Below, one piece after another: positions 46,236 to 55,628 of a DNA stretch of 64,000 nt; the first letter of the stretch is position 1; every line of letters starts with the position of its first letter. The notes beneath the pieces were generated by a model. It was given only the letters and a program-made list of their open reading frames with translations. It had not been told where the DNA came from and searched no databases. The stretch covers positions 64,001 through 128,000 of the IMG/VR virus record IMGVR_UViG_3300048861_000178. The stretch is one strand, 5' to 3'. The stretch is from a virus (lineage: Duplodnaviria > Caudoviricetes). The position numbers were made by a program, and so were the translations under genes.

Positions 46236-46568
46236 ATGACCGATACCACACAGAAAGAGCTGGGTCAAGAGTTCGTGCGGAAACTCAATAATCTAGCGCT
46301 GGAGGCCGAAAAGGTGCGCGGGTCGGGGGCGATCATGCAGGATCGTCGCCAGTTTTACCGCCGTCGCTTGGCGAAGTATTTCATGGATGCGAACTACACG
46401 GTGGTGCTCGAACGTATCAACCGCGGTGAGTACCCGGATGCATTCCTGCAAGAGAAGATCAAACAGATGGACGATCTCATGTCGAACTCCTCGGCGCTCG
46501 AACGAGCCCTGAGCGATGGTGCTCACGCGGAGAGCACGTTTGACCTGGGTTCTTTTAACCGTTCTTAA
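46236..46568 (+). CDS. Hypothetical protein
   Basis: GGAGG RBS. Confidence 0.75.
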   Translation: MTDTTQKELGQEFVRKLNNLALEAEKVRGSGAIMQDRRQFYRRRLAKYFMDANYTVVLERINRGEYPDAFLQEKIKQMDDLMSNSSALERALSDGAHAESTFDLGSFNRS

Positions 46569-46582
46569 CGAGGAGCAGTGAG

Positions 46583-47674
46583 ATGAATGAGTTGCAAGCG
46601 ACCAGCCCGATGCAGTCGCAGTACATGATCAAATGCGTGAAGTCCGGCAACACCGCAGAGGCCTTTTACGCGTTCTTGTTCGATCGGGAATTCTGGGCGC
46701 AACGCGACCAGGCGGCCCAGTTCAGTGATCTGGCCATGGCGATTACGAAGCTGGAGGCGATTGCCAATGATGAGATTGGCGACGGGCTTTTCATCAGTCT
46801 GAAAGAGCAACTCGATGGGGACGTGGCAGCACTGTACGTCGTGCGCACTGATGACGATGCGATCATGCACAGCATCGCTTACCTGGACGATAGCGCCAAG
46901 GCGCCTGCGAGCTCGCAAGACTCCGAGGCTTTCCAGCTGAAGGTCGTGCGCGAAGGCCAGGACGACGTGTATATCAACGTCGACGAAGATGCCAACATCA
47001 ACCTCACCGTGAACAAGGAGCAAGCAACCCTCTACGGGCACATTAACTTAGTGCGACAGATCATCCAGCAATTGCAGGATGCGACGATTGGTGAAATCGG
47101 TGTGGACCATGAGTCGGTGGAGAGCGCAGACACGGCACTCGAGCAAAGCGACGGCTGGTCGCAGCTCAAGCTGCACCTCTGTAGGCGCCCGGCTGACTAT
47201 ACCGAGGAAGTACCCCAGGACGCCGACGGCAGCCCCTCCAAAGGGCTGTGGTGGTACGAGAAGGTGGGTCTGGAAATCGTCGACGTGAATCGAGAGGAGA
47301 CCGTCGAGACGCACTTGCTGCGCACGGTAGTGAAGATCAGTGACGCCCATCATTTCACCGTACGTATCGTACGCGAACCGATGGCGGACCTCTGGCTCAC
47401 CGCCGATGGGCAGACCAGTGAAGACTACGTACCCGATGAAGCGCTTATCGTCAGCATGAACGAGGGCGTGGAGTTATTGCGCAGTCTGATGGAAATGAGC
47501 GACGTGAAGGACCTGGAAGTCGGACAAGAACCTTTGCCGTTCCAGGCGTTGAAGTCGCAGTTGATTCGGGGCAGTGAAGAAGTATGGGCAGAGTTGATTG
47601 ACATCGAAGACCAGAAGGCGGTGGGTTCGGTGTACCTGAAGCAGCCGTTTTACATGGAAGAAGTCAAGCTCTAA
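46583..47674 (+). CDS. Acidic hypothetical protein
   Basis: 363 aa, GAGGAG RBS. Confidence 0.8.
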   Translation: MNELQATSPMQSQYMIKCVKSGNTAEAFYAFLFDREFWAQRDQAAQFSDLAMAITKLEAIANDEIGDGLFISLKEQLDGDVAALYVVRTDDDAIMHSIAYLDDSAKAPASSQDSEAFQLKVVREGQDDVYINVDEDANINLTVNKEQATLYGHINLVRQIIQQLQDATIGEIGVDHESVESADTALEQSDGWSQLKLHLCRRPADYTEEVPQDADGSPSKGLWWYEKVGLEIVDVNREETVETHLLRTVVKISDAHHFTVRIVREPMADLWLTADGQTSEDYVPDEALIVSMNEGVELLRSLMEMSDVKDLEVGQEPLPFQALKSQLIRGSEEVWAELIDIEDQKAVGSVYLKQPFYMEEVKL

Positions 47675-47683
47675 TCATAACGA

Positions 47684-47741
47684 GCATAAGGAGCGCTATT
47701 CCCGCTAGGTAAAACTAACGGGGTAGCCTCCTTTTATGCCG
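47684..47741 (+). terminator. Long hairpin terminator with TATGCCG tail
   Basis: GCATAAGGAG..CTCCTTTTATGC-CG. Confidence 0.7.
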
Positions 47742-47777
47742 TATATGGATTAGTTGTGAACAATAACAAGGAGTTAG

Positions 47778-48383
47778 GTGATGATCCCAACGAATATCCC
47801 AACGGAAACGCTGCGTGACTGGAACTGTATCGATGAAAAGACGCAGCAGCCCCAGTCGCTAACGCCGTTGATTGAACGGAGTTTGCATGACCTTGCACTC
47901 ACTTTGTTGTCGTGGGTACGGGGCCATAACTTGAACAACCCGCAGAACCCGCAAGCGCTCACTTACGGACAGGAAGCGGGTGACGGTTACGTCGCATTTG
48001 AATTCAAGCTCCACGGCGATCTGGTGACCAAACGCACCCAGGCCTCGAGCACGTACCATTTGGCGAAAGTCATCTGTTTCGATGATGATCGCACGAAGGT
48101 CCGGATTCGTTACCTGGTCTGGCGCAAAGTTCGTGGCCCGTATGGTCGTGCGCACCCTATCGCCCAAGAACTGCTCGATATGCTGGAAGTGGATTATTCG
48201 CTGAACGCACATCCTGGCATGAACAACATAAAGAAGGCCGCGGTCGACGTGTACAACCACATCAGCGATGGCACGTTTAACTTTACGCTGTATCGCGAAC
48301 ACCTCGCGCATGAACCGCGCATTAATGGCAAGCAAGGTTTCAAGCAGTTGCCTGCCAAGCGTCTGATTCAGCCGGACTATTGA
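47778..48383 (+). CDS. Hypothetical protein
   Basis: AAGGAG RBS. Confidence 0.75.
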   Translation: MMIPTNIPTETLRDWNCIDEKTQQPQSLTPLIERSLHDLALTLLSWVRGHNLNNPQNPQALTYGQEAGDGYVAFEFKLHGDLVTKRTQASSTYHLAKVICFDDDRTKVRIRYLVWRKVRGPYGRAHPIAQELLDMLEVDYSLNAHPGMNNIKKAAVDVYNHISDGTFNFTLYREHLAHEPRINGKQGFKQLPAKRLIQPDY

Positions 48384-48412
48384 CGGCATAAACCCCCGGC
48401 AGCAGCCGGGGG
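48384..48412 (-). terminator. Minus-strand terminator with TTTATGCCG tail
   Basis: + strand reads CGGCATAAA-CCCCCGGC-AGCA-GCCGGGGG. Confidence 0.8.
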
Positions 48413-48429
48413 AAAGCATCAGCCTCGCG

Positions 48430-48825
48430 TTACGCGGTGGGCGCTGCTTTTTGGATGGCGGGAACCATCTTCCCGTTTTCATCCAGGGTGATCGTGAAGG
48501 TCAGACCCACGGCATTACACTTGGCGATCATGCGCTCGATGTATTGCCACAGATCCTGCTCACTGGTCACCGGTTTGGGTTGCGTCGCATCGTGCTCTTC
48601 GCGTTCTTTCGTGAACGCAACGGCTGCAAAGATCGCGTGCGCAAAGTTGAGCACTACCCCTTGCGGATTGGCAAGGACAGCAGCACCGAGTTTGGTAGGA
48701 TCGGTTGCTTCCAGAACACCCAGACGTTGGGCTTCCTGGAGAATGCCGGGGTTGTTGGGACGATCACCGCTAGATGTTGTTTGAACCACACTGAGGATGG
48801 TGGTCACTGGGGTATCAGCAGTCAT
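48430..48825 (-). CDS. Hypothetical protein (only convincing minus-strand gene)
   Basis: 131 aa MTADTPVTT..., GGAG RBS, own correctly oriented terminator. Confidence 0.75.
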   Translation of the reverse strand: MTADTPVTTILSVVQTTSSGDRPNNPGILQEAQRLGVLEATDPTKLGAAVLANPQGVVLNFAHAIFAAVAFTKEREEHDATQPKPVTSEQDLWQYIERMIAKCNAVGLTFTITLDENGKMVPAIQKAAPTA

Positions 48826-48895
48826 TATAACGCGCTCCAGGAAAGAGGACCGGTGTGGGGGTTCATCAGATATGTGTTTCCCTAGGGGAGGTTGT

Positions 48896-49180
48896 ATGCT
48901 TAATCTGATCATACTCAACTGCGACGATGGTCGCAAGCTCTACTACTCCAACGGACAACGTACGCCGCAGGGCTTCCATGAGAACATCCAGGACGCTACG
49001 TTGTATCCGCATGGAGAAGCAGCGAGTCATGATTTTGGGATGTTGCGCTCGACGCTGCAGGGTCAGTCGCTAGTTCGCAATGCATTGATCCGGCCGACTT
49101 GGAAACAAGTCTCAGGCCACCTGACCGTGGAGCAGTTCGGTCACGGCGAAGCAGTCACGAGTGCGGCGGTGCGTCTCTAA
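48896..49180 (+). CDS. Hypothetical protein
   Basis: GGAGG RBS, MLNLIILNCDDG. Confidence 0.7.
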   Translation: MLNLIILNCDDGRKLYYSNGQRTPQGFHENIQDATLYPHGEAASHDFGMLRSTLQGQSLVRNALIRPTWKQVSGHLTVEQFGHGEAVTSAAVRL

Positions 49181-49201
49181 CTGCGAAAAAAGGTCATTAC
49201 A

Positions 49202-49492
49202 ATGGACAAAACGAAGAAAAAAATAGAGGTCCAGGCTCGCGTGAGAGTGATCGGTAAGGTCAAGCTACAAGAGCTCATTCGGCCTGAGACCTTTAATACC
49301 GTAGTCGAAGTGGATCGCTCGACCATTCACATGCCGGGTCTTCACCAAGCTGCGGTTCACAAAGCCACTCGCGAGGCCTTCGAACAGCAATTCATTCGAC
49401 GCATGCGCACGGACGCTGACACCAAACGTAAAGTCGGCGGCACGAGGTGGATGGTCGAAGTGGTGGAACTTCGCTATAAGGACGCGGTATGA
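49202..49492 (+). CDS. Hypothetical protein
   Basis: 96 aa. Confidence 0.65.
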   Translation: MDKTKKKIEVQARVRVIGKVKLQELIRPETFNTVVEVDRSTIHMPGLHQAAVHKATREAFEQQFIRRMRTDADTKRKVGGTRWMVEVVELRYKDAV

Positions 49493-50049
49493 AATTCGGT
49501 GAAAGGACTTGGCGACCGAAGCTGTGGCAAATCGGCTATGCACCTAAAGGTGAAGAATGGCGTTGCTGGCATCCTGGGCTGATGACTCGGCCGGGTGAAG
49601 TGTGGTCCGAAACGATCTCGCTCTCACTCACCGAGCGTTGGCATATGGCAGTTGGCTACGGTTGGGCTCGCGAGTTGCAAGAACGCATGGTGGATTGCGA
49701 CGTCTATACGCGCGTTCACGATGCTGACTTCTTCCGGTTTGTGCTGACGCTGCCCAAGCCGCTTGCCGAAATCCTGGACGATATCAGGATTCCGCGCACA
49801 CGCACTGTCGAGCGTTTCATTCCGATGTTCGGACCGCCACCGGAATTCCATGGTCCGTTGGAACCGACAGGCATTCGCTCTGCTGAACAACGACTTCTTG
49901 ATGCCGAGAAGGATCGCAATGAGCTCAATGCGCAGCCGTCGTTCAAGCACATCGAGAACCTACCGCTCATGAAACCGACTTCACCGGAGACATGGACGAA
50001 GGTGCTTCATTCGTTAGTAGAAGTAACGCCACTATCACCCATGCAATAA
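49489..50049 (+). CDS. Hypothetical protein
   Basis: ATGA overlap. Confidence 0.7.
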   Translation: MKFGERTWRPKLWQIGYAPKGEEWRCWHPGLMTRPGEVWSETISLSLTERWHMAVGYGWARELQERMVDCDVYTRVHDADFFRFVLTLPKPLAEILDDIRIPRTRTVERFIPMFGPPPEFHGPLEPTGIRSAEQRLLDAEKDRNELNAQPSFKHIENLPLMKPTSPETWTKVLHSLVEVTPLSPMQ

Positions 50050-50132
50050 GACGTCTTATCGCCGGTGTTATTCAAGAGAAACCGTAACTTAACCAGGAGT
50101 ATTGCCCACTTGTAATATGGAGGATAAGAAAC

Positions 50133-50495
50133 ATGCCGTCGAATGTTATTACTGCACGGCTCTATACGGGAAAGATGCTGTATCTCGGTAGAGTAGAGTC
50201 AGGAAAGCTCGGAGATTGGTATGGTGAATTGGACCGCGCTGAAATCCTCCCTAATGAGGGAGATCTCTCGTCACTTTTCGATGCACTCTGTATGCACGTG
50301 CAATACAAGACTGGTCGGACGCTGTTTGATCCGAACCTCTTGAAGACACTGCAACAAAAGGCCCGCCTCTTTGAATTGGGGGCGGCTCGGGTGGTGGACG
50401 GGCAGGTACGCACCTTCCGTCATCGCATTATCGACACCTATGCGCTGGAACAACGCTTAAGTAGTCCTGTCTTAAAGCTTGTAGCAACAATCTAA
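50133..50495 (+). CDS. Hypothetical protein
   Basis: GGAGG RBS. Confidence 0.7.
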   Translation: MPSNVITARLYTGKMLYLGRVESGKLGDWYGELDRAEILPNEGDLSSLFDALCMHVQYKTGRTLFDPNLLKTLQQKARLFELGAARVVDGQVRTFRHRIIDTYALEQRLSSPVLKLVATI

Positions 50496-50529
50496 GTAGA
50501 GGGCGGCCTACGGGCTGCCTTCTATGCCG
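50496..50529 (+). terminator. Terminator with TATGCCG tail
   Basis: TAGAGGGCGGCC-TACG-GGCTGCCTTCTA-TGCCG. Confidence 0.8.
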
Positions 50530-50577
50530 TTTTTACGCCGTCGCCCCATCGGTTGAGTACCCATACAAGGATAAATC

Positions 50578-51099
50578 ATGCCCACTAAATCAGGTCGTAT
50601 CAAGCTCGAAGATCTCCGTCAAGGCAGAACCATTTGGCAACCCGCAGTCGGTCGCGATGGCAAGATGGTCGCCAAGCCCTTTCTGATCACCCTCGGTTTC
50701 ACCTACCGCTTGGTCGGACTGGTGGAAAACGAGCAGGGTCAGCTGGTGGGCTACAGCCTGCCGATGTATTCGATCGGTAAGCCCCGCACCATGAGTCACT
50801 ACCAAGGCCCGGCGCTCTCGACGTTTCATCCGACACGCAACATAGCGATCGTGGAATTGCCTGATGGCTCGCTCTGCCAGTGGAATGGCTTTACCAGCCA
50901 GAAAGCGTGTCAGCGTTATATCAACGACGTGCAAGCAGGTCGGCTGCCCAATTTCGCGACGGTAGGGGTGACCCTCGGCACGCCTGCGCGCGAGTCCGTC
51001 GCCAAGCACGCCAAACCGGCCGCGCAGTTCGAGCAGGTCGATTTCAACGATCTGAAGTGGGTGCCCTCTGACCCCACACCGAACTACGGTCACCGTTAA
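50578..51099 (+). CDS. MxTKxGR-family paralogue 1
   Basis: MPTKSGRIKLEDLRQGRTIW..FTSQKACQRY. Confidence 0.8.
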   Translation: MPTKSGRIKLEDLRQGRTIWQPAVGRDGKMVAKPFLITLGFTYRLVGLVENEQGQLVGYSLPMYSIGKPRTMSHYQGPALSTFHPTRNIAIVELPDGSLCQWNGFTSQKACQRYINDVQAGRLPNFATVGVTLGTPARESVAKHAKPAAQFEQVDFNDLKWVPSDPTPNYGHR

Positions 51100-51109
51100 G
51101 GAGGCGGCC

Positions 51110-51388
51110 ATGCGTGTCTTCTCTTGCCGTGCTGAGTGCGAGCATGATGTCAAACAGCTGCGCATTCGGCTGACGCGTTTACGCAATGCGGGCGAAGTGG
51201 ATTCTGCTGCCTTGTGGTTAAAAGACCATGAGTATCCGGATCGCGCGGTGGAGATTCACACCAACAAGAATCTGCACTTCCTGCGTTACTTGTTGCGCCA
51301 GATCCCGGACTCACACGTGATGATCCAATCGTTGCGCGAGGGTCCACTTTCGACCAACTCGCTGGACCGCGATCACGATGTCGAGTGA
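51110..51388 (+). CDS. Hypothetical phage protein
   Basis: AGGAGG RBS; CRAEC..PDSHVMIQSL. Confidence 0.75.
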   Translation: MRVFSCRAECEHDVKQLRIRLTRLRNAGEVDSAALWLKDHEYPDRAVEIHTNKNLHFLRYLLRQIPDSHVMIQSLREGPLSTNSLDRDHDVE

Positions 51389-51614
51389 AAAACATCCATG
51401 CTGCCGGGGTGAGTACCGGGACTCACCCGAAGGTATTGTGTACGTCTGCGGGTACAACACCGTGATTCAGTGCGAAGAGTGCCGCTATCGCACCAATCGC
51501 AACTTCAGCTATCTGGAAGTCCGCAAGAATCCAGAGGCCAAAGGGAACCGCCCAATGGGTGGTCGTGCAGTCCAACTGACGTTTTTCCCGAGGAAAGAAT
51601 ATGGAACCGAATAA
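51378..51614 (+). CDS. Small Cys-rich protein
   Basis: CC..C..CEECRY. Confidence 0.6.
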   Translation: MSSEKHPCCRGEYRDSPEGIVYVCGYNTVIQCEECRYRTNRNFSYLEVRKNPEAKGNRPMGGRAVQLTFFPRKEYGTE

Positions 51615-52029
51615 GGACACACCGGCTGAGCCGTTGAAAATCGTTGATTACCTCGATCTAATCCCGCGCAAACCGGACCTCAATCCGAAGGCGACCCAGC
51701 AGTTGTGTGACCAGATCCGCAACATGCTGAAGGATCACGAGTTTGTGCCGGTCATTCCGACGAACTTCAAGCGCTTCGAGGACATGATCCCGAAGGGTGG
51801 CTTTAAGATGGGTGAGCTGGCCCTGTTTGTGCCACCCATTCCGCCACATGAGCGCAAATCGAACCTCGTGTTCCACATGGTGCTCAAGCGCATGGCGGAA
51901 GATCCGAATTACAAGCCCGTCTTCCATTTTGAAAACGAATGGACGGCGTACGATCAAGAACGCTTCGAAGCAGCCTGCAAGAACATGGGGCTGGAAATTA
52001 CCAACGACAACAAGGAAACCAAGTCATGA
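51601..52029 (+). CDS. Hypothetical protein with DnaB-like motif remnants
   Basis: GGFKMGEL..HERKS..KPVFHFENE. Confidence 0.6.
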   Translation: MEPNKDTPAEPLKIVDYLDLIPRKPDLNPKATQQLCDQIRNMLKDHEFVPVIPTNFKRFEDMIPKGGFKMGELALFVPPIPPHERKSNLVFHMVLKRMAEDPNYKPVFHFENEWTAYDQERFEAACKNMGLEITNDNKETKS

Positions 52030-52571
52030 GTAAGTCCAACGCCGCGCAACGCCGTCTCGCGCAAAAGAAGCTACCGCTGGTTATGCAGAAAATGCTCGCT
52101 AACGGCTACTCGGGTGCCCATCGTCCCGCAGCCGGTGAGCACGCCGACGAGTTCTACCTGAACTATCTGGAGAACCGTCGCCAGGCTGCGTTGGAACAAA
52201 AGCCGTTCCGTGACGCATTGCACGCGCTGCACGAGTCCAATCCGTTCAAGGAAGTCGCGTACGGTGCGGCGCTCTTTACCTACGTGCCCACCGAACTGTC
52301 GCTTAAGATCGGCGCGTTGTGTGCCGAGTGGAAGGTGCCGGTGCAGGAGAACTTGCAAGGCAAGAGCTGGTCATCCGTGCGCTACCCGTGGAATGACGGC
52401 AAACCCGTCAGCCAGGAGTACGTGTTGCCGTCGCCAGATCATGCGGACTTCATGAAGTTCGTCACGTACGAGCAACTGCGTGCCACGCCCGAGCAGGATC
52501 TGAACATGCGTGCCTTGCTCACCCAAATGGCCAAAGATCTGGGGATCGCCGATGAAGCTCAAAACGTTTGA
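52026..52571 (+). CDS. Hypothetical protein
   Basis: ATG at 52026, AAGGA RBS. Confidence 0.75.
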   Translation: MSKSNAAQRRLAQKKLPLVMQKMLANGYSGAHRPAAGEHADEFYLNYLENRRQAALEQKPFRDALHALHESNPFKEVAYGAALFTYVPTELSLKIGALCAEWKVPVQENLQGKSWSSVRYPWNDGKPVSQEYVLPSPDHADFMKFVTYEQLRATPEQDLNMRALLTQMAKDLGIADEAQNV

Positions 52572-52860
52572 CATTCTCATGAACGGCAAGTTAAGGCCGT
52601 TCGAAGTCGTGCTCGATAAGGGCACGAAGGTGTTGGATTTTATCGACCATACGGGCGAAAGCACCGTGCAGTTGGTGATCCTCGAACCCGAGAACATGGG
52701 CGATGAGCTCGAAACGCGTAAGCTCTGCTTCTATCAGGTCAACGATAAGGAGACGAACGTGCCGGAGCTCGCACGCTACATCGCCACCTCCAAGGGTAAG
52801 TACTGGGCACCGTTTATGCTCTTTGACGTGACGGGGTGCGTGCTCGACGAAGAAGAGTAA
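52552..52860 (+). CDS. Hypothetical protein
   Basis: ATG at 52552. Confidence 0.7.
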   Translation: MKLKTFDILMNGKLRPFEVVLDKGTKVLDFIDHTGESTVQLVILEPENMGDELETRKLCFYQVNDKETNVPELARYIATSKGKYWAPFMLFDVTGCVLDEEE

Positions 52861-52887
52861 ATAGGCTAATTAAAAGGAGTAGGACAA

Positions 52888-53430
52888 ATGGCAGAAGAAA
52901 AGGCAATCCCGGCGATCCTCTCGTTTAACGAAAAGCGCATGCGGCCGGTAGTGGCACGGGCATTGCCCATGATCGGTAAACTCTTGAACATGCAGCGCGA
53001 TATTAACTTTGTTTTGCCGCGGGTAGACAAGCCGATTGGAGACTTCTTTGTGGTGGCGTTTCCGTACGGCGGGCCGATCGGCGTCAATAGCCGAGGGGTC
53101 GTGAACGAGGAAGGCGATTTCTTCTGCCTGGTCGAGAACTCCGCCCATGCTGCTTTTGAGCGCGAAGAGCTCACGCTCGGGCAAGTGCTGCACGACGCAC
53201 TCAGCTTCGTGTGTATCGAGCACAAACTCGTCGACGGCAAGATCAGCGTGTTGTTGCGCAATCGCGCGACGGAACTGATGGCACGTGCGTACTTTGTGGG
53301 CAGCACCACGTTTGACATGGCGGTAACCGTGACGCAGGCGCTCATGTGCATGAATGCACCGTCGCCGCGAGAAGCAGCGGCCCTCGCGTCCTCGGAACTG
53401 CAACGCATCATGAGCAAGAAGGAGGCGTAA
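52888..53430 (+). CDS. Hypothetical protein
   Basis: AGGAG RBS. Confidence 0.75.
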   Translation: MAEEKAIPAILSFNEKRMRPVVARALPMIGKLLNMQRDINFVLPRVDKPIGDFFVVAFPYGGPIGVNSRGVVNEEGDFFCLVENSAHAAFEREELTLGQVLHDALSFVCIEHKLVDGKISVLLRNRATELMARAYFVGSTTFDMAVTVTQALMCMNAPSPREAAALASSELQRIMSKKEA

Positions 53431-53681
53431 TGCCGCGGCTTGCCCATACCGTTGAAAAGGTCCGTCTGAATCTGGACATGCATCCGGAAGTGAAAGCCGA
53501 GATTCAGGCCTTACAGGAGCGACTTAACGCAGACAGCATGGGGGAAGTCATCCGGCGCTGCGTGAAAGCCGTCACTGCTATCCTGAAGGAAACCGACGAG
53601 GGCAATCGCGTCATGCTCCATCTTCAGGACGGCAGTCCTCCCCAGCAAATGTTGCTCTTTCCACCAAGGAGGGAAAAGTAA
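53430..53681 (+). CDS. Ribbon-helix-helix (CopG-like) protein
   Basis: KVRLNLDM..IQALQERL..SMGEVIRRCV. Confidence 0.7.
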   Translation: MPRLAHTVEKVRLNLDMHPEVKAEIQALQERLNADSMGEVIRRCVKAVTAILKETDEGNRVMLHLQDGSPPQQMLLFPPRREK

Positions 53682-54112
53682 TGAGTAGGCGAAGTGAAAT
53701 CCGCAGACGTCGTCAAGTCATGCGGGGCATTGGCGACAGACGACTGACCTATCGGCAGCAGATGGACTTGATTGCCATGCGCACGGTGAAACGGATCATC
53801 ACCACCGTGGGTTGGGACCACGTGAAATTCATGCAAGACACGTCGTTCTCCCTGGAAGCCGCCATCACGCCAGAACGAGAAGCCATCGTCGAGCAAATTT
53901 TGCTGGAGGAGGGGTATCTTAAGACACGCACTGGAGAGTTCGTCCACAAGAAGATGCGGCTGAACGACTTCGCCTCAATAGGCACGATAAGTATTGTGCC
54001 TACCGTTATCAGCGAACCTGATCGGATGCCAGGGGCTTTTGACTGGCCGGAAATCACTCCGGAAGAAATCAAAGCCGTCAAAGAACGGCTCGCAGCGCCA
54101 CACGGGATTTGA
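53681..54112 (+). CDS. Hypothetical protein
   Basis: GGAGG RBS. Confidence 0.7.
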   Translation: MSRRSEIRRRRQVMRGIGDRRLTYRQQMDLIAMRTVKRIITTVGWDHVKFMQDTSFSLEAAITPEREAIVEQILLEEGYLKTRTGEFVHKKMRLNDFASIGTISIVPTVISEPDRMPGAFDWPEITPEEIKAVKERLAAPHGI

Positions 54113-54122
54113 GCGGTATTAG

Positions 54123-54290
54123 TGCTAGTCACCTGAGTGCTGGGCGCGGCACTCACGGGGAGTGGTCCATCGTGCCGGTTTACAGGTTTGGCCGGATTAT
54201 CAAGTCGATGGTAAAAGGCCCGTTGGTAGGGGTGAGCGGCGTGGAAACCTCTCTGCCTGAATCCAACCCCCAGCACTCAGGTGATTGGTG
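54123..54290 (+). ncRNA. Unclassified multi-stem structured RNA
   Basis: 22-bp closing stem (18 Watson-Crick and 4 G-U pairs) enclosing three stem-loops with two possible pseudoknot pairings. Confidence 0.7.
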
Positions 54291-54319
54291 AACCATATGC
54301 GCATAGTCGGGGATTCACA

Positions 54320-54649
54320 ATGTCTGATTTAGTTCGGAGTTCAGTAAGGGAGACAATCGAACTGCTCTATGGCCTGATTGCCAATCCCGAATCGATCGAT
54401 AAGTTTGCTGCTTTCTTTAGCAAAATCAACGAGCGTCCGTTCGTGATGTCGGTGTCAGAGGGCAGGTACAACAATAAAGAACTCGGAACTGTGGTGACCA
54501 TTACGGTCCACGACAGCAAAGGCACGTTTGAATTGCTGCAGGGTTTCTTACCCTTAGCAGAAGAGATGTTTGAAAGAACAGGTAAGCGCTACTTCACTGA
54601 CTTCTTTGAGCCCGAGTTTGGCTCGATTCTGTTGGTCGAGAGCGAATAG
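54320..54649 (+). CDS. Hypothetical protein
   Basis: ATG at 54320. Confidence 0.65.
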   Translation: MSDLVRSSVRETIELLYGLIANPESIDKFAAFFSKINERPFVMSVSEGRYNNKELGTVVTITVHDSKGTFELLQGFLPLAEEMFERTGKRYFTDFFEPEFGSILLVESE

Positions 54650-54684
54650 GCATAATAACTAGATTTACACTACAGGTCGATAAC

Positions 54685-55563
54685 ATGACTACCATCCTCT
54701 ACCACGACGGCCGACTCTTTGCGGACTCGACTATCTACAAAGGTAGTGATCGCATCAACAGTCTGGAAAAGATCGTGTTGCTTAACCCGCCGTTTAAAAT
54801 CCTCTCGGACCGGCCGGAGTTCGAGTTCGATGACATCGTCTATGGCTACTCGGGCACGGGCAGCCAGGATGCGATGCAAGCCTTTGCTGAGCACTTGGAG
54901 GGCAATGTCAAGGAGCGCGAGGATAGCAAGCTCACGCTCGCTTTCTACGACATGGTCTCGACTGCCAACATGATCGTGCCCGGTAACACGTTCGAAATCT
55001 TCTTCATCGGCGAGAAAGCCAACCACAGCTTTCGGCTGGACCACCAGGGTTTTGTCTACACACGCTACGAGCTGGATCAGACGGTGGCGCTCGGTAGTGG
55101 CTCGCAAGACGTCATTCGCAATATCACGCACCATCGTGATCCCATTCGCGCGATGATGGAAACCTTCATCACCGATACAACATCGGGCGGCTGGATCGAC
55201 TGTTGGGCGCTGCGAGAAGATGATGGGCTGAAGCGCTTTCGACGTGTGGGGTTGTGTGAGCCGATTCCGACTGATCTGATCCGTCCCGTCATGGAGAAGT
55301 TCCATGCTGACATGGACGAGATCCCGCTGCAATTCGTACGCAATGCGAAGAACACGCAAGACATCATCAACATTGCCAATATGAATCAGAAGCTTTTCGA
55401 TCAGAATAAGCGGCTGAAAAAGCAGCTTGACATCTTGCGCAAGCAGGGTGTGCCCATTCCGGTCGTGCCGTCTAAAGTCGCCAAGGCAAAACCGAAAACC
55501 CAGAAGCTCCCTTACACGAAGCTCTCGGGTGAAAAAGCAGTCACTGAAGTGAAGAAGAAGTAA
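54685..55563 (+). CDS. Ntn-hydrolase (HslV/proteasome-beta-like) protein
   Basis: M-TTI..ADS, YSGTG, ALGSGS, D..SGG. Confidence 0.7.
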   Translation: MTTILYHDGRLFADSTIYKGSDRINSLEKIVLLNPPFKILSDRPEFEFDDIVYGYSGTGSQDAMQAFAEHLEGNVKEREDSKLTLAFYDMVSTANMIVPGNTFEIFFIGEKANHSFRLDHQGFVYTRYELDQTVALGSGSQDVIRNITHHRDPIRAMMETFITDTTSGGWIDCWALREDDGLKRFRRVGLCEPIPTDLIRPVMEKFHADMDEIPLQFVRNAKNTQDIINIANMNQKLFDQNKRLKKQLDILRKQGVPIPVVPSKVAKAKPKTQKLPYTKLSGEKAVTEVKKK

Positions 55564-55628
55564 AGATTTTTTGCTGGGCCCACAACTAAAGGTAGTATCC
55601 GTTAAACAAACGAGAAAGGAACAGTGTC

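Noticed and set aside
54123-54290. Bona fide retron or twister ribozyme
   Set aside because: No reverse transcriptase in the window and twister consensus nucleotides are not matched; the overlapping 60-aa ORF has a TTG start and no RBS
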